DNA from: Octopus sinensis
Taxonomy: Eukaryota
Direction: 5' to 3'
Length of the DNA stretch: 64,000 nt
NCBI RefSeq assembly: GCF_006345805.1
Contig: NC_043017.1
Coordinates: 20,460,001 to 20,524,000 of the forward strand
Shown here: positions 23,174-35,446 of the stretch, one piece after another
Layout of the letters: each line of letters starts with the position of its first letter
How positions within the stretch are numbered: position 1 is the first letter of the stretch
The notes under the pieces: model-generated
Database searches by the model: none
Seen by the model: only the letters and a program-made list of their open reading frames with translations
Told to the model about the DNA's origin: nothing
Made by a program: the position numbers and the translations under genes

Positions 23174-23398
23174 AACATAAGGGACTAAAGCCATCTGAAT
23201 ATGGCTAGGGACAGGGCAGGGTGGTGGGGGTGTTCTGTTGCATTTAGCCCCAGCGAACATCAGGATAGAGGACGCCGTGATGGTGTCAAGCCTATCTGGC
23301 GATGTTGATGTTCGCCTGGGGCTAAATGCAACAGTAACACCCCCACCACCCTGCCCTGTCCCTAGCCATATTCAGATGGCTTTAGTCCCTTATGTTAT
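23172..23398. mobile_element. Near-perfect 227-bp fold-back element
   Basis: Arms 23172-23262 and 23306-23398 are reverse complements with no substitutions and two 1-nt indels. Confidence 0.9.
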
Positions 23399-23544
23399 GG
23401 AGCAGTTACTGTCTATATCTCATTTAGAGAATTATTATTGCTATATATATATAATAATATAATAATACAATGATTTCAACCTTTTGATTCACACCTGCCT
23501 GAGGTTACCTGTAGTTCCATAATATTAATTTCCAGTTTTAACTT

Positions 23545-24030
23545 GTTTGGTAACAACCCACCCAAGACCATTCTTGGTTCTAAGACTTAAAGTTTCTGTT
23601 CTAAATTGATTTAACTTAAAACCTTCTTCCATTAAAACTTCATGTTAATCTTATGCTCCAAACACCAGCTGAATAATGGCAAAGTTATTTTACGAAATTC
23701 TTCAATATTTTCAAAATTTATTGCAGCAAAGGCAGTGTATTCCAACAGAAAAATGGTAATGAAAGGGTTTTGAAGTTAACTGGATCCATCTGTGCTGTTT
23801 ACAGAATGGTAAGCATCTGGCCTGATATCTGATGCTCTGCCTGCCAAGCTTATTAACCTTTGTGATACCAAGCTACACCTGGTTCTATACTACACACTTC
23901 CTGATTTAAATTCAACCAGATTAAAACCTTCCATCAAAATTTCATGCTATGTACCAAATACTAGCTCAATAATTGCAATTTTGATTAACTTAATTCTTCA
24001 CCATTTTCAAAATTAACTGAAACAAAAGAC
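23545..24030. mobile_element. Two diverged piggyBac-like MITE remnants
   Basis: Similar to 60729-60949 (aaagttattttac...aaattc; ggtaatgaaagggtt). Confidence 0.5.
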
Positions 24031-25308
24031 AGGGTTTTACTCTTTGGGCAGCATCAATGGTATGGAGAAAAGAGACTCGCATATATAGGTAACTACTAGT
24101 TTTCCTAACAGAACACTGAGTGTCAGGAAACCTTACAAAGGCCGGCGAATCCAAATGTATATCTAAGGTTAACGCTGACCAACAGAAGCCCTATTATTGG
24201 TAACTGCTAAAGAGAAATTTGAAACCAAAAGCACAGGAAAACGGATACTAAATGCTGATGATGATCCTGACGATGGTGATGGTAATGAAGATGGTGATGA
24301 GGATGGTCACTATGGCGATGAGGATGGTGACACAGATATACGTTGTATATCTGTGTCAACATTGTTTGTATATTTGTGTGTGTGTGTGTGTGTATATATA
24401 TATCATCATCATCGTTTAACGTCCGTTAAACGATATATACACACACACACAAATGTATTCACACATATATGACTGTACATATGTTACACATATACACAGT
24501 TATTATTATTATAATGATTTTTTTATTCATTTGTTTTTTGTTTCTTTTTGTAAACCACACATTCGCTCATACACAAGGAACTAAACATAACAGGCTGAAC
24601 ATATGTCTTAGAACAGTCCTCAACAGTCACACAACAGACACCTCTTTATTCCAGTCACACTAAATGGGGGCAAATCACACCCGACCCCACCACCACAACC
24701 TTTCCACACCCCCAACCACCACCCACTAAAACCACATGCAGTGTCACATTCCTTATTTCTCTTTCTCTCTCTCCCCCTTGCGATGGGGGTAGGACAGGAG
24801 TGGGAGAGGCGAGAAGGGGAACCTATCTTGAGGAGGGGGTGAAAGTAAAGTATTAAGCACCTGGGTCACCGGTTGATGAAGGGATTTTTTTTGAGGGGAT
24901 AAACAAACACCTCATTATGATATTATTTATTCATAGCTTCGTTTTCATGGGAGAAAAAAAAAATATATATATATATATAAAATATATACATAAATAAATG
25001 AACCAACCCCTATCCCCACTGCTACCCCCTGAAAACTGCTCCCCAGTTCCACCTGTTACCTACCCACAAATTTTCTTAAATATCTTTGTCTGTATGTCTG
25101 TCTGTCGCCGCCAACACAAAGAACTTTTTGAGCAATTTATTTCTTTTCCTTCCGGAATGAATAAATACACACACACACACATGTTCAGCTACACCCACAC
25201 AACCACACACATACATACATAAGAGCAATTATACATAGATATATTGGAGGAAGTGAGATAGATAGATAGAGAGAGAGAACAGACTGTGCATGTGTGTGTG
25301 CATGTATG

Positions 25309-25341
<33 letters not shown>

Positions 25342-25823
25342 ATGTATGTATATCTACACACACACACACACTTATATATACATGTACACACACACATATA
25401 TATAGAGAGACACATGTACATGTGTACACACAGACATATGCATACATATATACAGACATACATATATTATATATGTATAGACACACATACACATACACAC
25501 ATATACAGATATATGTATTTGTGTGTGTAGATGTTTGTGCATCTACATACCTACCTACATATGTATATGTGTGTGTGTGTATATATCTATATATATATAA
25601 ATTGATCAAATAAAAACATGATGCCAAGGATTCAGAGGTACATATGTTTCGGGCCTATATATATATATATATATTACATACATACATATGTAAATTTTAT
25701 ATATATATAATGTATATATATATATATGTAATATAATTATTATATATATATATACTACATACATAGTATTGTGGTATATATATAATATGTATGTATATGT
25801 GTATATATATATATATGAATGTA

Positions 25824-25880
<57 letters not shown>

Positions 25881-26542
25881 GTATATGTGTATATGTATAT
25901 TATATCTATAATATATATATATATATATAATATATATACACCACATGTTACATTGAACGAAGGAATACATGTGCGTGTGTGAAGTACCAGTAAAAACAAA
26001 CTGAATAATTACTGCTAGAATTGCAGTAAAAGAAAGAAAAAAACCAAAACAGGAAAGAAACAAAAACTAAAAAAAAAAAACAAAACAAAATAAAAACAAG
26101 CCAAAAAACTAGCACGAAATCTCTCAAGCCATTTTAATTCCGTTATTTTCGCTGGCATTGTGTATTTCTGCTACCATTATTTAGTCTAAAACTGTCTGTA
26201 GAATCATTCAGGGAATTACATTAGAATGGTAAATTAAACTATGGAACATCCACCAATAAATGCATACACACCTACAGATACATTTGCACACACACACACA
26301 CACATACATTAACACACATATATAGACGCGCGCATACATACAGATACATTTGCACACACACACACATACACATACAGAAAGACACATATATAGACGCACA
26401 CATAGATACGCATATATATATATATTTATATATTCAGACACGTAGTGAATGTATAGAAAAACATACCTACATATACACATATATAAACACACAGATACAA
26501 ATACACACACACATAAAGATACATAAAGACATATATACATAC

Positions 26543-26575
<33 letters not shown>

Positions 26576-27264
26576 TATACACCTCTGCATTCATTCATTC
26601 AATAAAAAGTAGACAGACTTGAACTATAGCCCAGTTTAACACCACCACCACCACTACCACCACCACTTTACTACCATCACCATCACTACTACTATTATCT
26701 CCACCATTATCATTATCTCACCATCATTGTGGCCACTATCACAACCACCAACCACCACCACCACTATTGCCATCACTATCACCACTACTACCTCTACCAT
26801 CACCATCGCTGCCATGGAGATCCCCATTACCACCACCACCAATCATAACCTTCACCTCTGTGGTGATGACAATGATGACGACCACCACCAACCCCATGGC
26901 CACTATGATGACGACAACCACCACCACCATTGCCACCACCATCCCCATAACCACTGCCATCATCATCAACACCACCATCACCATCATCGCCATCATCATC
27001 ACCACCACAATCATTGTTACCATGTCCCAAAATATTTTGCTTGATACTCTAACAGTTGCAATTTGATATTGAATCAAAGAACAAAAGACAAAAAACAAAG
27101 AAAAATGGTCCCTAACGTTGTTGTTTGCTATAACGTATCTAAATTCTTGATTGCTTTTCTTGAAATTAATCGAAATACCATTTTATGTTAGAACAATTTC
27201 ATTGAGTTATAATCCAGAGAGACCAACTTCCTTACAAAAATATATAGTTTGGTTCTTTAATTTA

Positions 27265-27480
27265 AACAAACCCGGCCAAAACTGCCTCTGGCTCTGTAGT
27301 ACAAATGTGTTGTTTTTTAAGTTTTGAATTAAAATCTTCCACCAAACCTTAGTCACAATTTATGTTACTAACACTGGCTTTATGGTAACTAAGTTATTTT
27401 ACTAAATTCTTTGTTATATTTAAAATTGATTGAAAGAAACACAGAGCATCTCAACAGAAATATGGTAATGAAAGGGTTAA
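27265..27480. mobile_element. piggyBac-like MITE, left end eroded
   Basis: Colinear with 60729-60949. Ends ggtaatgaaagggTTAA. Confidence 0.8.
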
Positions 27481-28007
27481 ATTCTTTTGTTATTTTCTCC
27501 CCACATAAAATAATTAATTAAAACCTCTTGGTTGCAAAACGGTTAACAAACGTATGTTGATTGCAAAATATTTAAAGGAGAGGGAAAAGAGGAAAAAAAA
27601 AAAAGACAAGAATGGAAAAAAAAAAACAGGAAAGAAAAATAACGAAGTCTGTTGGGTTGCATAATTAAGTTGCATTCGTTTGTGATAATGTTTTCAGCTG
27701 TTATTTATATCTGCAAAAGTAATTAAACAACTAATTGAATGAAGAGACTATTCACAATGGCAAAAGTTGCTGCCAAGCAAAACAAAAGAAAATGAAAAAG
27801 AAAAAATGGGAGCTCTTATGTGGCTGATTGATATACTAGAAACAGCAACAAAATCTTCATCAAACTGTATTCTACTATATATATAACTTCGGGTTACCTA
27901 ATGCTGTCTTCATGAAATTGCCATGATGGACTAAGTACAGAAGCTTATCATGTACGTGTGTGTATGTGTATTTGTGTGGGTATGTGTGTGTATATATATA
28001 TATATAT

Positions 28008-28260
28008 ATCATCATCATCGTTTAATGTCCGTTTTCTATGCTAGCATGGGTTAGACAGTTTGACCGGGGTTTGGGAAGTCAGGAGGCTGCACCAGGCTCC
28101 AGTCTGATCTGGCAGTGTTTATACAGCTGGATACCTTTCCTAATGCCAACCACTCTGTGAGTGTAGTGGGTGCTTTTTACGTGCCAGGGGAGGCTGGCAA
28201 CAGCCACGATCAGTTGGTGCTTTTTACGTGCCACCACCACAGAAGCCAGTTACTGGCATG
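28008..28260 (-). mobile_element. RTE 3' UTR fragment (family C)
   Basis: (CAT)n then gtttaatgtccgttttctatgctagcatgggtt...gccaaccactctgtgagtgtagtgggtgc. Confidence 0.8.
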
Positions 28261-28266
28261 GAAGCC

Positions 28267-28309
<43 letters not shown>

Positions 28310-28408
28310 AATATGTATGTGTATAGTTCAAATTTACAGAAAGTAAAAGATGAAGGCAGGTGAAAGAAAAAGACAGAAAGCAAATGACGAAGGCAGGTGA
28401 AGGACTAC

Positions 28409-28692
28409 CATAACATGCTAGTCATGGTTTTGGATAAATGTTGCTGTAATTTAGCCCCAGGAGACATCATCTCCGGCTGGCTATATGACATGATCTGTGT
28501 CCTTATATTTTCAAACAAGGGAAATAACCCAGAAATCGCGATACAGATATTGTTTTGAGCTGAGTGGGGGTGCTAGATTCCCTTGTTCGAAAATATAAGG
28601 ACACAGATCGAGTCATATAGCCAGCTGGAGACGATGTCTTCTGGGGCTAAATTACAGCAACATTCATCCTAAACCAGGACTGCCATGTTATG
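28409..28692. mobile_element. Fold-back/MITE with 115-bp terminal inverted repeats and a 54-bp spacer
   Basis: 28409-28523 matches the reverse complement of 28578-28692 with roughly ten mismatches. Confidence 0.88.
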
Positions 28693-28886
28693 TTGGCAAA
28701 CAATCTTTACTACAAAGTACATCTCTTGTTGTGAGATTTACAAATAGTAATTTTCTAAAAACTAAAATTATTTTACTAAATTCTACATATTTTACCAAAT
28801 TAATTGAAAGAAAGATGGTGTATTTCAACAGAAAATATGGTAAGAAAGGGTTTAAGCATCAGTATTCTTTCCCAAAAGATTGGCAT

Positions 28887-29055
28887 AGGAGGAGTGGCTG
28901 TGTGGTAAGTAGCTTGCTTACCAACCACATGGTTCCGGGTTCAGTCCCGCTGCATGGTGCCTTGGGCAAGTGTCTTCTACTATAGCCTCGGGCCGACCAA
29001 AGCCTTGTGAGTGGATTTGGTAGACGGAAACTGAAAGAATCCCATCGTATATATG

Positions 29056-29090
<35 letters not shown>

Positions 29091-29292
29091 GTGTCTGTGT
29101 TTGTCCCCCTAGCATTGCTTGACAACCGATGCTGGTGTGTTTACGTCGCCGTCACTTAGCAGTTCAGCAAAAGAGACTGAATAAGTACTGGGTTTACAAA
29201 GAATAAGTCCTGGGGTCGATTTGCTCAACTAAAGGTGGTGCTCCAGCATGGCTGCAGTCAAATGACTGAAACAAGTAAAAGAGTAAAGAGTA
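28887..29292 (+). mobile_element. SINE-B, full length
   Basis: ggagtggctgtgtggtaagtagcttgcttaccaaccacatggttccgggttcagtccc...aacaagtaaaagagtaaagag. Confidence 0.9.
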
Positions 29293-29595
29293 TATCCAGA
29301 GTTAAATATGATTTTAAACTGGAGGTTAAGTGTAGTCACAAAAAAAACCTCTGAGTAAACAAATACAGAAAATGGTCATGTAAGAATTAAAACAAACAGT
29401 CCCCCACCAACACCATTACTCTATCTATCCCCTTTTGCTTTCTCCTACTCTCTGTGTGTCTCTGTCTCTCCTTGTCTCTGCCTCCTTCTGTCAGAAACAG
29501 AGCCAACGGATTTTCACTGCATGAAAAAATTACAGTACCGGAGCCACTGAATGCATTCTAGGAAGGATCTTTAAAAACAATTTTGGTAGGGATTC

Positions 29596-29628
<33 letters not shown>

Positions 29629-30045
29629 TAAAGATGTTTTCTTAAATAAGCTTTTGGTAAAAATTCTTCCCATGAGAAACATTAGCGTTTCGCTACTTGT
29701 TGAGTTCAAACAGAACAGAGAAAAAAAACAGATGTCAAAACGACGACACCAACAACAACAACAATGAGGATGATGACAACGAAATGGGGGGGGGGATGAT
29801 AACAACATAAGAAAACAAATAAAAAAAAAGCTTAAAATCAACCCCCCCACCAAAAAAATACGACAATGTACGGGTAATTTGCAGAACAGCTTCAAATTGA
29901 GAGCTAACATCCTTTCAGGACTATTAAAATAGAGTACCAGTCACATATTGGGGGTTTGATAACAGTTGAGTACTGGGGTCAATGTAAATAACTTATGCCT
30001 TCCCTGGACTTGCTGGTCTTGTACCAAACTTTGAAGCCATTATTA

Positions 30046-30076
<31 letters not shown>

Positions 30077-30120
30077 ATTATTATTATTATTATTATATTA
30101 TTATTATTATTATTATTATT

Positions 30121-30345
30121 TAAGGCAGTGATTTGGCAGAACTGTTAGCATGTTGGGCAAAATACTTAGTGGCATTTCGTCTGCCTTGGTGTTCAGAGTT
30201 CAAATCCTGCCGAGGTTGACTTTGCCTTTCATCCGTTCAGGGTCAATAAATTAAGTACCAGTGAAGCACTGGGGTTGATGTAATTGACTTAATTCCTTCC
30301 CCCAAGTTCAAGGCCTTGTGCTTCCACAAGAAAGGATTATTAAAA
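30121..30345 (+). mobile_element. SINE-A (A1) directly after a long (TTA)n run
   Basis: aaggcagtgatttggcagaactgttagc head and central domain. Confidence 0.85.
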
Positions 30346-30481
30346 CTTACAATAGGCAGACAAAAATTCTTAGCAACATTTTGTCCATCTTATGTTCTGG
30401 TTTTGGTAAAATAAAGCACCAACTTGCCCCTCCCTCTAAAAAATAGCTGACCTTGAGCCAAAATTTATCATTATTATTATT

Positions 30482-31037
30482 AATGAGAGAGCAGTGCATG
30501 CCATCAAAGTGACACTGGGGTAAAATATACGAAGCCCAATATACTCATCATGACTACTCGTCTGATAAGGGTACACCAGGTACATGCATCACAACCATAT
30601 ATGCATGACATGGTGATCTCATATCAAGATAAACTGCACATGACCTTGAAGGTGGGGCCCAGTTAGAATTTTCGTTAGGTCGAGTAGCCCAACCTACTCA
30701 AAAGGTCTCTGAATAAGAGATGTTTAAGGATGATGAACAAAACACCCATGTTTCAAAGGGTGAATTATCCAAACCCCAAAGTGTTCTTCTCAACACATGG
30801 TTATGATGCTCCCCAACTACATCTGCTCATGATCAGAGATGCATATATCGCCAGCCACCAGGGGACATGCTCAACTGGTTAAGGTCCAACAACTGACAAG
30901 CAAATCTGTGGTATTGAACAGAATATTTGCTGTGGCCCATCTTTTATAGCAAGACAGAACAATGTACATGATAACACTTTCAATCAGTTAAGATCAGAAG
31001 CCATGGGAGCCACTATCTCATACTGCATCAGGGCATT
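30482..31037. mobile_element. Family F element, longest copy (about 555 bp), (TTA)n on both sides
   Basis: Colinear with 5614-6018. No long ORF found in the minus-strand frames I translated from its right end. Confidence 0.75.
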
Positions 31038-31579
31038 TATTATTATTATTATTATTATTATAACCTGTAATCTGATGAAAGTTGTTTTTTCTCCTCTTTC
31101 TTTATTTCTTTGTCTAATATCATATTTTTGTGAACAAGCAATAATATACTAAGAGAAAAAATACCCCCCCCCCAAAAAAAAAAACAACAACAACAGACAA
31201 AAAAATGAAGCAACATGAAATCAATAACCTGTAAGGTATTAATTAAATGCTCTGCGGAAAAAAAACAAAACAAAACAATAAAATGAACAAAAAGAAAAAT
31301 ACAGCATTCTGTGTTTAATTTCTTAATTTTTGGTAAAGTTTCAAGACTGTCTGAGCATTGCTGTATAATAGCAGTGGTGGAGGGGGGAGGAGTAAGTAAT
31401 ATTTAGTTTGTGTCTTCCCATTGACTAAAATACTGCAGTCGACCTCCATAAATGGTGCTATTGTTGTGGTTTGTGATGCTTAATTGTCGAGCTCTGTGGC
31501 TAATGAATCAAATGAACCCACGATCAGATAGATCAAATATGTTCCAACCATGACCATCCTTAACACCTCTCTAATATAT

Positions 31580-31893
31580 TGTTGTTTGTTCCTTCTCGAG
31601 CCATGTCTGGTTCATAAGGTCCGGTTTCCCAGTTTTTCCTTGGCGTATAGGTTCCCCACCTGGACGGGATGCCGGTCCTGTCGCAGGTGAGCTGCAAGAT
31701 GCAGGAGGAAAGAGTGAGAGAAAGTTGTGGCAATAGTCTCAGCAGAAGTTTGCCATTACCTTCTGCTGGAGCTGTGTGGAGCTTAGGTGTTTCGCTCATA
31801 AACACACACATCGCCCGGTCTGAGATTCGAACCTGCGATCCCTTGACTGCGAGTCCGCTGCTCTGACCATGACCACTAGGCCATGTGCCTCCG
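31580..31893 (-). mobile_element. tRNA-derived SINE-D variant with alternative 3' half
   Basis: Reverse complement head ggaggcacatggcctagtgg...ggttcgaatctcagaccgggcg. The 3' half is shared with 54610-54722 and 33365-33460. Confidence 0.85.
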
Positions 31894-32154
31894 CTCTATA
31901 ATATATATATTTTTTTTAATTTTTAAATCAAAAAAATTTTTTATTTGTTTCAATCATTAGACTGTGGCCATGCTGGAGCACCCTCTTGAAGGATTTTATT
32001 TGAACAAATCAATCCCAGTACATTTTGAAGCTATAAGATAATGCACGATTCCTTCAAAACAATGCGAATAAAAGAGCATTACATTTGACAGATTAAGGTG
32101 AATGCTAAAAGCTTAACCCTTTAGCATTTTAAAGGTAATCGATGCCAGGCCCAC

Positions 32155-32352
32155 CTGACTGGCTTCTGTACCGGAGGCACGTAAAAAGCACCTACTACAC
32201 TCTCGGAGTGGTTGGCGTTAGGAAAGGCATCAAGCTGTAGAAACATTGCCAGATCAGATTGGAGCCTGGTGCAGCTGCTGGCTCTCCAGACCTCAGTCAA
32301 ATCGTCCAACCCATGCCAGCATGGAAAACGGACGTTAGACGATGATGATGAT
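32155..32352 (+). mobile_element. RTE 3' UTR fragment (family C)
   Basis: ggcacgtaaaaagcacctactacactctcggagtggttggcgttagg...ggacgttagacgatgatgatgatg. Confidence 0.82.
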
Positions 32353-33461
32353 GAACCAGGTCTGGCTTTTCACACTTACCCTACAATGCTACTCTAAAAA
32401 ATATGCAACGACATCATTGAAATTTTGAAGCTTCAAAATAATGCAGGATTAATTCAGAACAGCGGAAATTAAGTAAAAACATTACATTTGACAGAAGCTG
32501 AATGCCAAAGGTTTCGATTTAAAATTTTAAAGTTATTTTGCCAAGTAACATAGAGCACTGTGGTGAAGGGAGAGCAAGGCAATGAGAAGGTTTCAGCTGA
32601 CCACTCTAGAGAACAGTGGTGGTGGCAGTGGCAGTGATGGTGGTGTTGGTGTTGGTGGTGTTGGTGTTGGTGGTGGCAGAGGGTGAGCAATAAAGTTGGG
32701 TACCAGTTGGTAACCTGGCATTCCAATAGCTTCAACAAGTTTAAACGATACAGTTACTATGTTCGCTTAGTCATAAAGAGTAAAGAGTAATTCTGTCATC
32801 AAACATTAAACATTAAAACCGGTATTTAATCAGATCATTAGTATGAAGTGAAAGCTAATTAGCAGCCGGTTGGTAATGGGGGTAGTGGTGGTGAGGAGGA
32901 GATAGAGGAGGGCAAGAGGATGAAGTGGGCATTGATCAGAGTAATTTAGGGAATTTAATTTATTAATGAAATAACGATGTATGAGTGAGTGAGTGACAAG
33001 CAAATTGAAATTGGAATATACTGATCAAAAATAAATTTAAATTTTGGTTTAGAAATATTCCTCCCTGAATAATAATTAGATGGTAGTGATAATTAGACAG
33101 GTGTGAGCTGTGTAATTATGAAGTTTCCTCTTTAATAATGCACTCCTGGGTATATATTATATTTTTTCTGATGTATTTTGGGGAGTGAGAGAAACATTTG
33201 TGAGAAAACAGGGAAACCAATTATTACATATTTTTTTTAACGAAGACCCTTGTGATATTTGCTCTGTGCTGAGTTAAAGACACTCCCTTGTTACTTTTGT
33301 AATCAGATGTTCATAGGACCATTGAAAGTTTCATTTGAGGTCTGTAACCAACAACAAACACTGGCTTGGCCTAGCTCGTTAGGTGGGGGAACCTATACAC
33401 CAATGAAACCAGGAAACCAGCCCTTATGAGCCAAGCATGGCTCAAGAAAGGACAAACAAGG

Positions 33462-33935
33462 AACTTCAGTTCTATATTTAAGAGACTACCTCCCCCTGTG
33501 GGATGAAGTTAAAAAATAGACAGAGAACACCACTGGAAAATACGAAAACTAAAAGAAGCAGCACATACGCTAAGACACAACAACCTCCTAAGCAGACCAA
33601 GTGCAGATATGAGCAGCATATGGGAACCGGTATTAAGGAAGGATAGGAAAATATTGGATTTATAAGCCCTAAAATTCACTCCATAATTGCCCACAGGCAT
33701 ATGGCATAGTGGTTAAGAGTGCGGGCTACTAACCCCAAGATTCTGAGTTTGATTCCAGGCAATGACATGATTAATAATAATAACAACATCGAAAAATACC
33801 TTAGGAATGAGAACCCAGGTTCGAATTTTCCCCAAGACACCTGATGAAGGCTGGAGGGTACATCAACCAAAACGGTGTGTTAATAACAAACAAGTTGATG
33901 ACAAATATTCATCAAATGTAAGTAATGTAATTAAT
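33462..33935 (+). mobile_element. Penelope-like element 3' end: GIY-YIG C-terminus, tRNA-like segment and decayed hammerhead
   Basis: 33481-33665 translates RDYLPLWDEVK/IDREHHWKIRKLKEAAHTLRHNNLLSRPSADMSSIWEPVLRKDRKILDL* (one frameshift), matching the W-x4-I-x3-E-x4-R-x2-KE end of PLE GIY-YIG domains. tRNA-like A/B boxes at 33696-33760. HHR-like motif at 33836-33881. Confidence 0.82.
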
Positions 33936-34394
33936 AAACTAGGAACTTATTTGGTACTTGAATAGAAAATATTGTTGATCAAAGTGTAAAGTAACCCTAC
34001 TAAAATGTATATTTGTCAGCCAAGGATAAGAGAAAGAGCAAATTAGACAAAATTATTCTGAGATGGCATCTGCATAATAATTAGGTATTTAAGTAGGTGA
34101 AAGCCTATTTAATGTATAGAATAAGTATTAATAATGAAATGTGTGAGCGCCTACTTAACTGAAATTAGTATGTTCCAGTATTATGGTAGTTGTCTGAGCT
34201 GTAAGACGATACTAAAGACGTAATATGAAGCAGAAATTCTTCATAAGCTTAAAGAGTATTTTGCTGATTTGGTGGACTAAGATAAATTATGTATAGATGG
34301 TAATACTAGTAACATACTCTGTTAGTGATAAATGGTGCTACTTCTTTTCCAGTAGTAGCAAAAGTGATTTACATTTCAACCGAAAATAACTGCT

Positions 34395-34745
34395 GCATGG
34401 TTTTGTGGTTAAGAAGCTCACTTTGCAATCACCTGGTTTAAAGTTCAATCCCACTGTATGCAGAAGTCTTCTGCTTTAGCCCCAGGCCAACCAATGCTTT
34501 CTGAATGAATTTGGTAGATGGAAATTGTGTGGAAGCCTGTCGTATATATACATGTTTGTGTTTGTGCTTGTGTTCTCACCACTGTTTGACCACTGGTATT
34601 GTTTTGTATTCCACCAGTAACCTAGCAGTTCAGTAAAAGAGATCGATAGAATAAGTACCATATGTAACATAAGCAATGGGTTTGATCTGTCCAACTGAAA
34701 CAATTTTAAGCGGTGCTCCAGCGTGGCCACAATCCAATGACCAAA
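34395..34745 (+). mobile_element. SINE-B, diverged
   Basis: Degenerate head, gaagcctgtcgtatatatac, and gcggtgctccagcgtggccac. Confidence 0.75.
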
Positions 34746-35084
34746 ACAATCAATTCGACAAGAAATGATAAGAGATGGGGCAACCACAGTACTCATGTTA
34801 ACTTGTTTGAATATCAACAAAAGGTTGGCCCACATGGTTAAGATGTTCACTTCATAATCTTAGGGTCTGAGGTTCAATTCATCTCGCTGTGCAGTTACTG
34901 TAAACAATTGTCTTTTACTGTAGCTTTCGTCGGGTTAACCAGTAGGAAAGATTTTAGAAAAATAATTTTGTCATTATTAAGGTGGTGTTCAGAACATTAA
35001 TAAAGGATTTAATTTAGATCACTTAAAAACATGATATCTGTATCATAGAACCAGAGGTGATCTCAGGTGAGTTAGCCTCAAAGG

Positions 35085-35392
35085 CCAGGGGCTGTACCAG
35101 GTTCCATTGTCGGTTTTGGCTTGGCTTCTATAGCTGGATGCTCTTCCTTATGCCAACAGCTTTATAAAGTGTATTGGGTCCTTTTCATTGATACCATCAC
35201 CAGTGCTTTATATGTGGCACTAGCACCCACACCATTGCATTTTTACATATCACCTCAGTTTTAGGATCTCAATTCTATTGTGGTAGGCATGTCTTGAGTA
35301 CAGCAATGTGTCACATATCTCGTTCCTCTGTCATCCCCTTCGTGAGGCTCATCATTTTGAGATTGCTCTTCAATACTGTCTTTCATATCTTC
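35085..35392 (-). mobile_element. RTE LINE remnant (ORF2 C-terminus plus UTR)
   Basis: Minus strand reads RKI*KTVLKSNLKMMSLTKGMTEERDM*HIAVLKTCLPQ*, colinear with the 37256-37469 peptide. Confidence 0.7.
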
Positions 35393-35446
35393 CTCTCTCT
35401 CTCTCTCCCTCTCTCCCACGCACCCCACACCCAAAACATTCTCTTT

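Noticed and set aside
30960-31037. HDV-like ribozyme at the end of family F
   Set aside because: I could not build the nested double pseudoknot by eye. An RNArobo or Infernal search would be needed.
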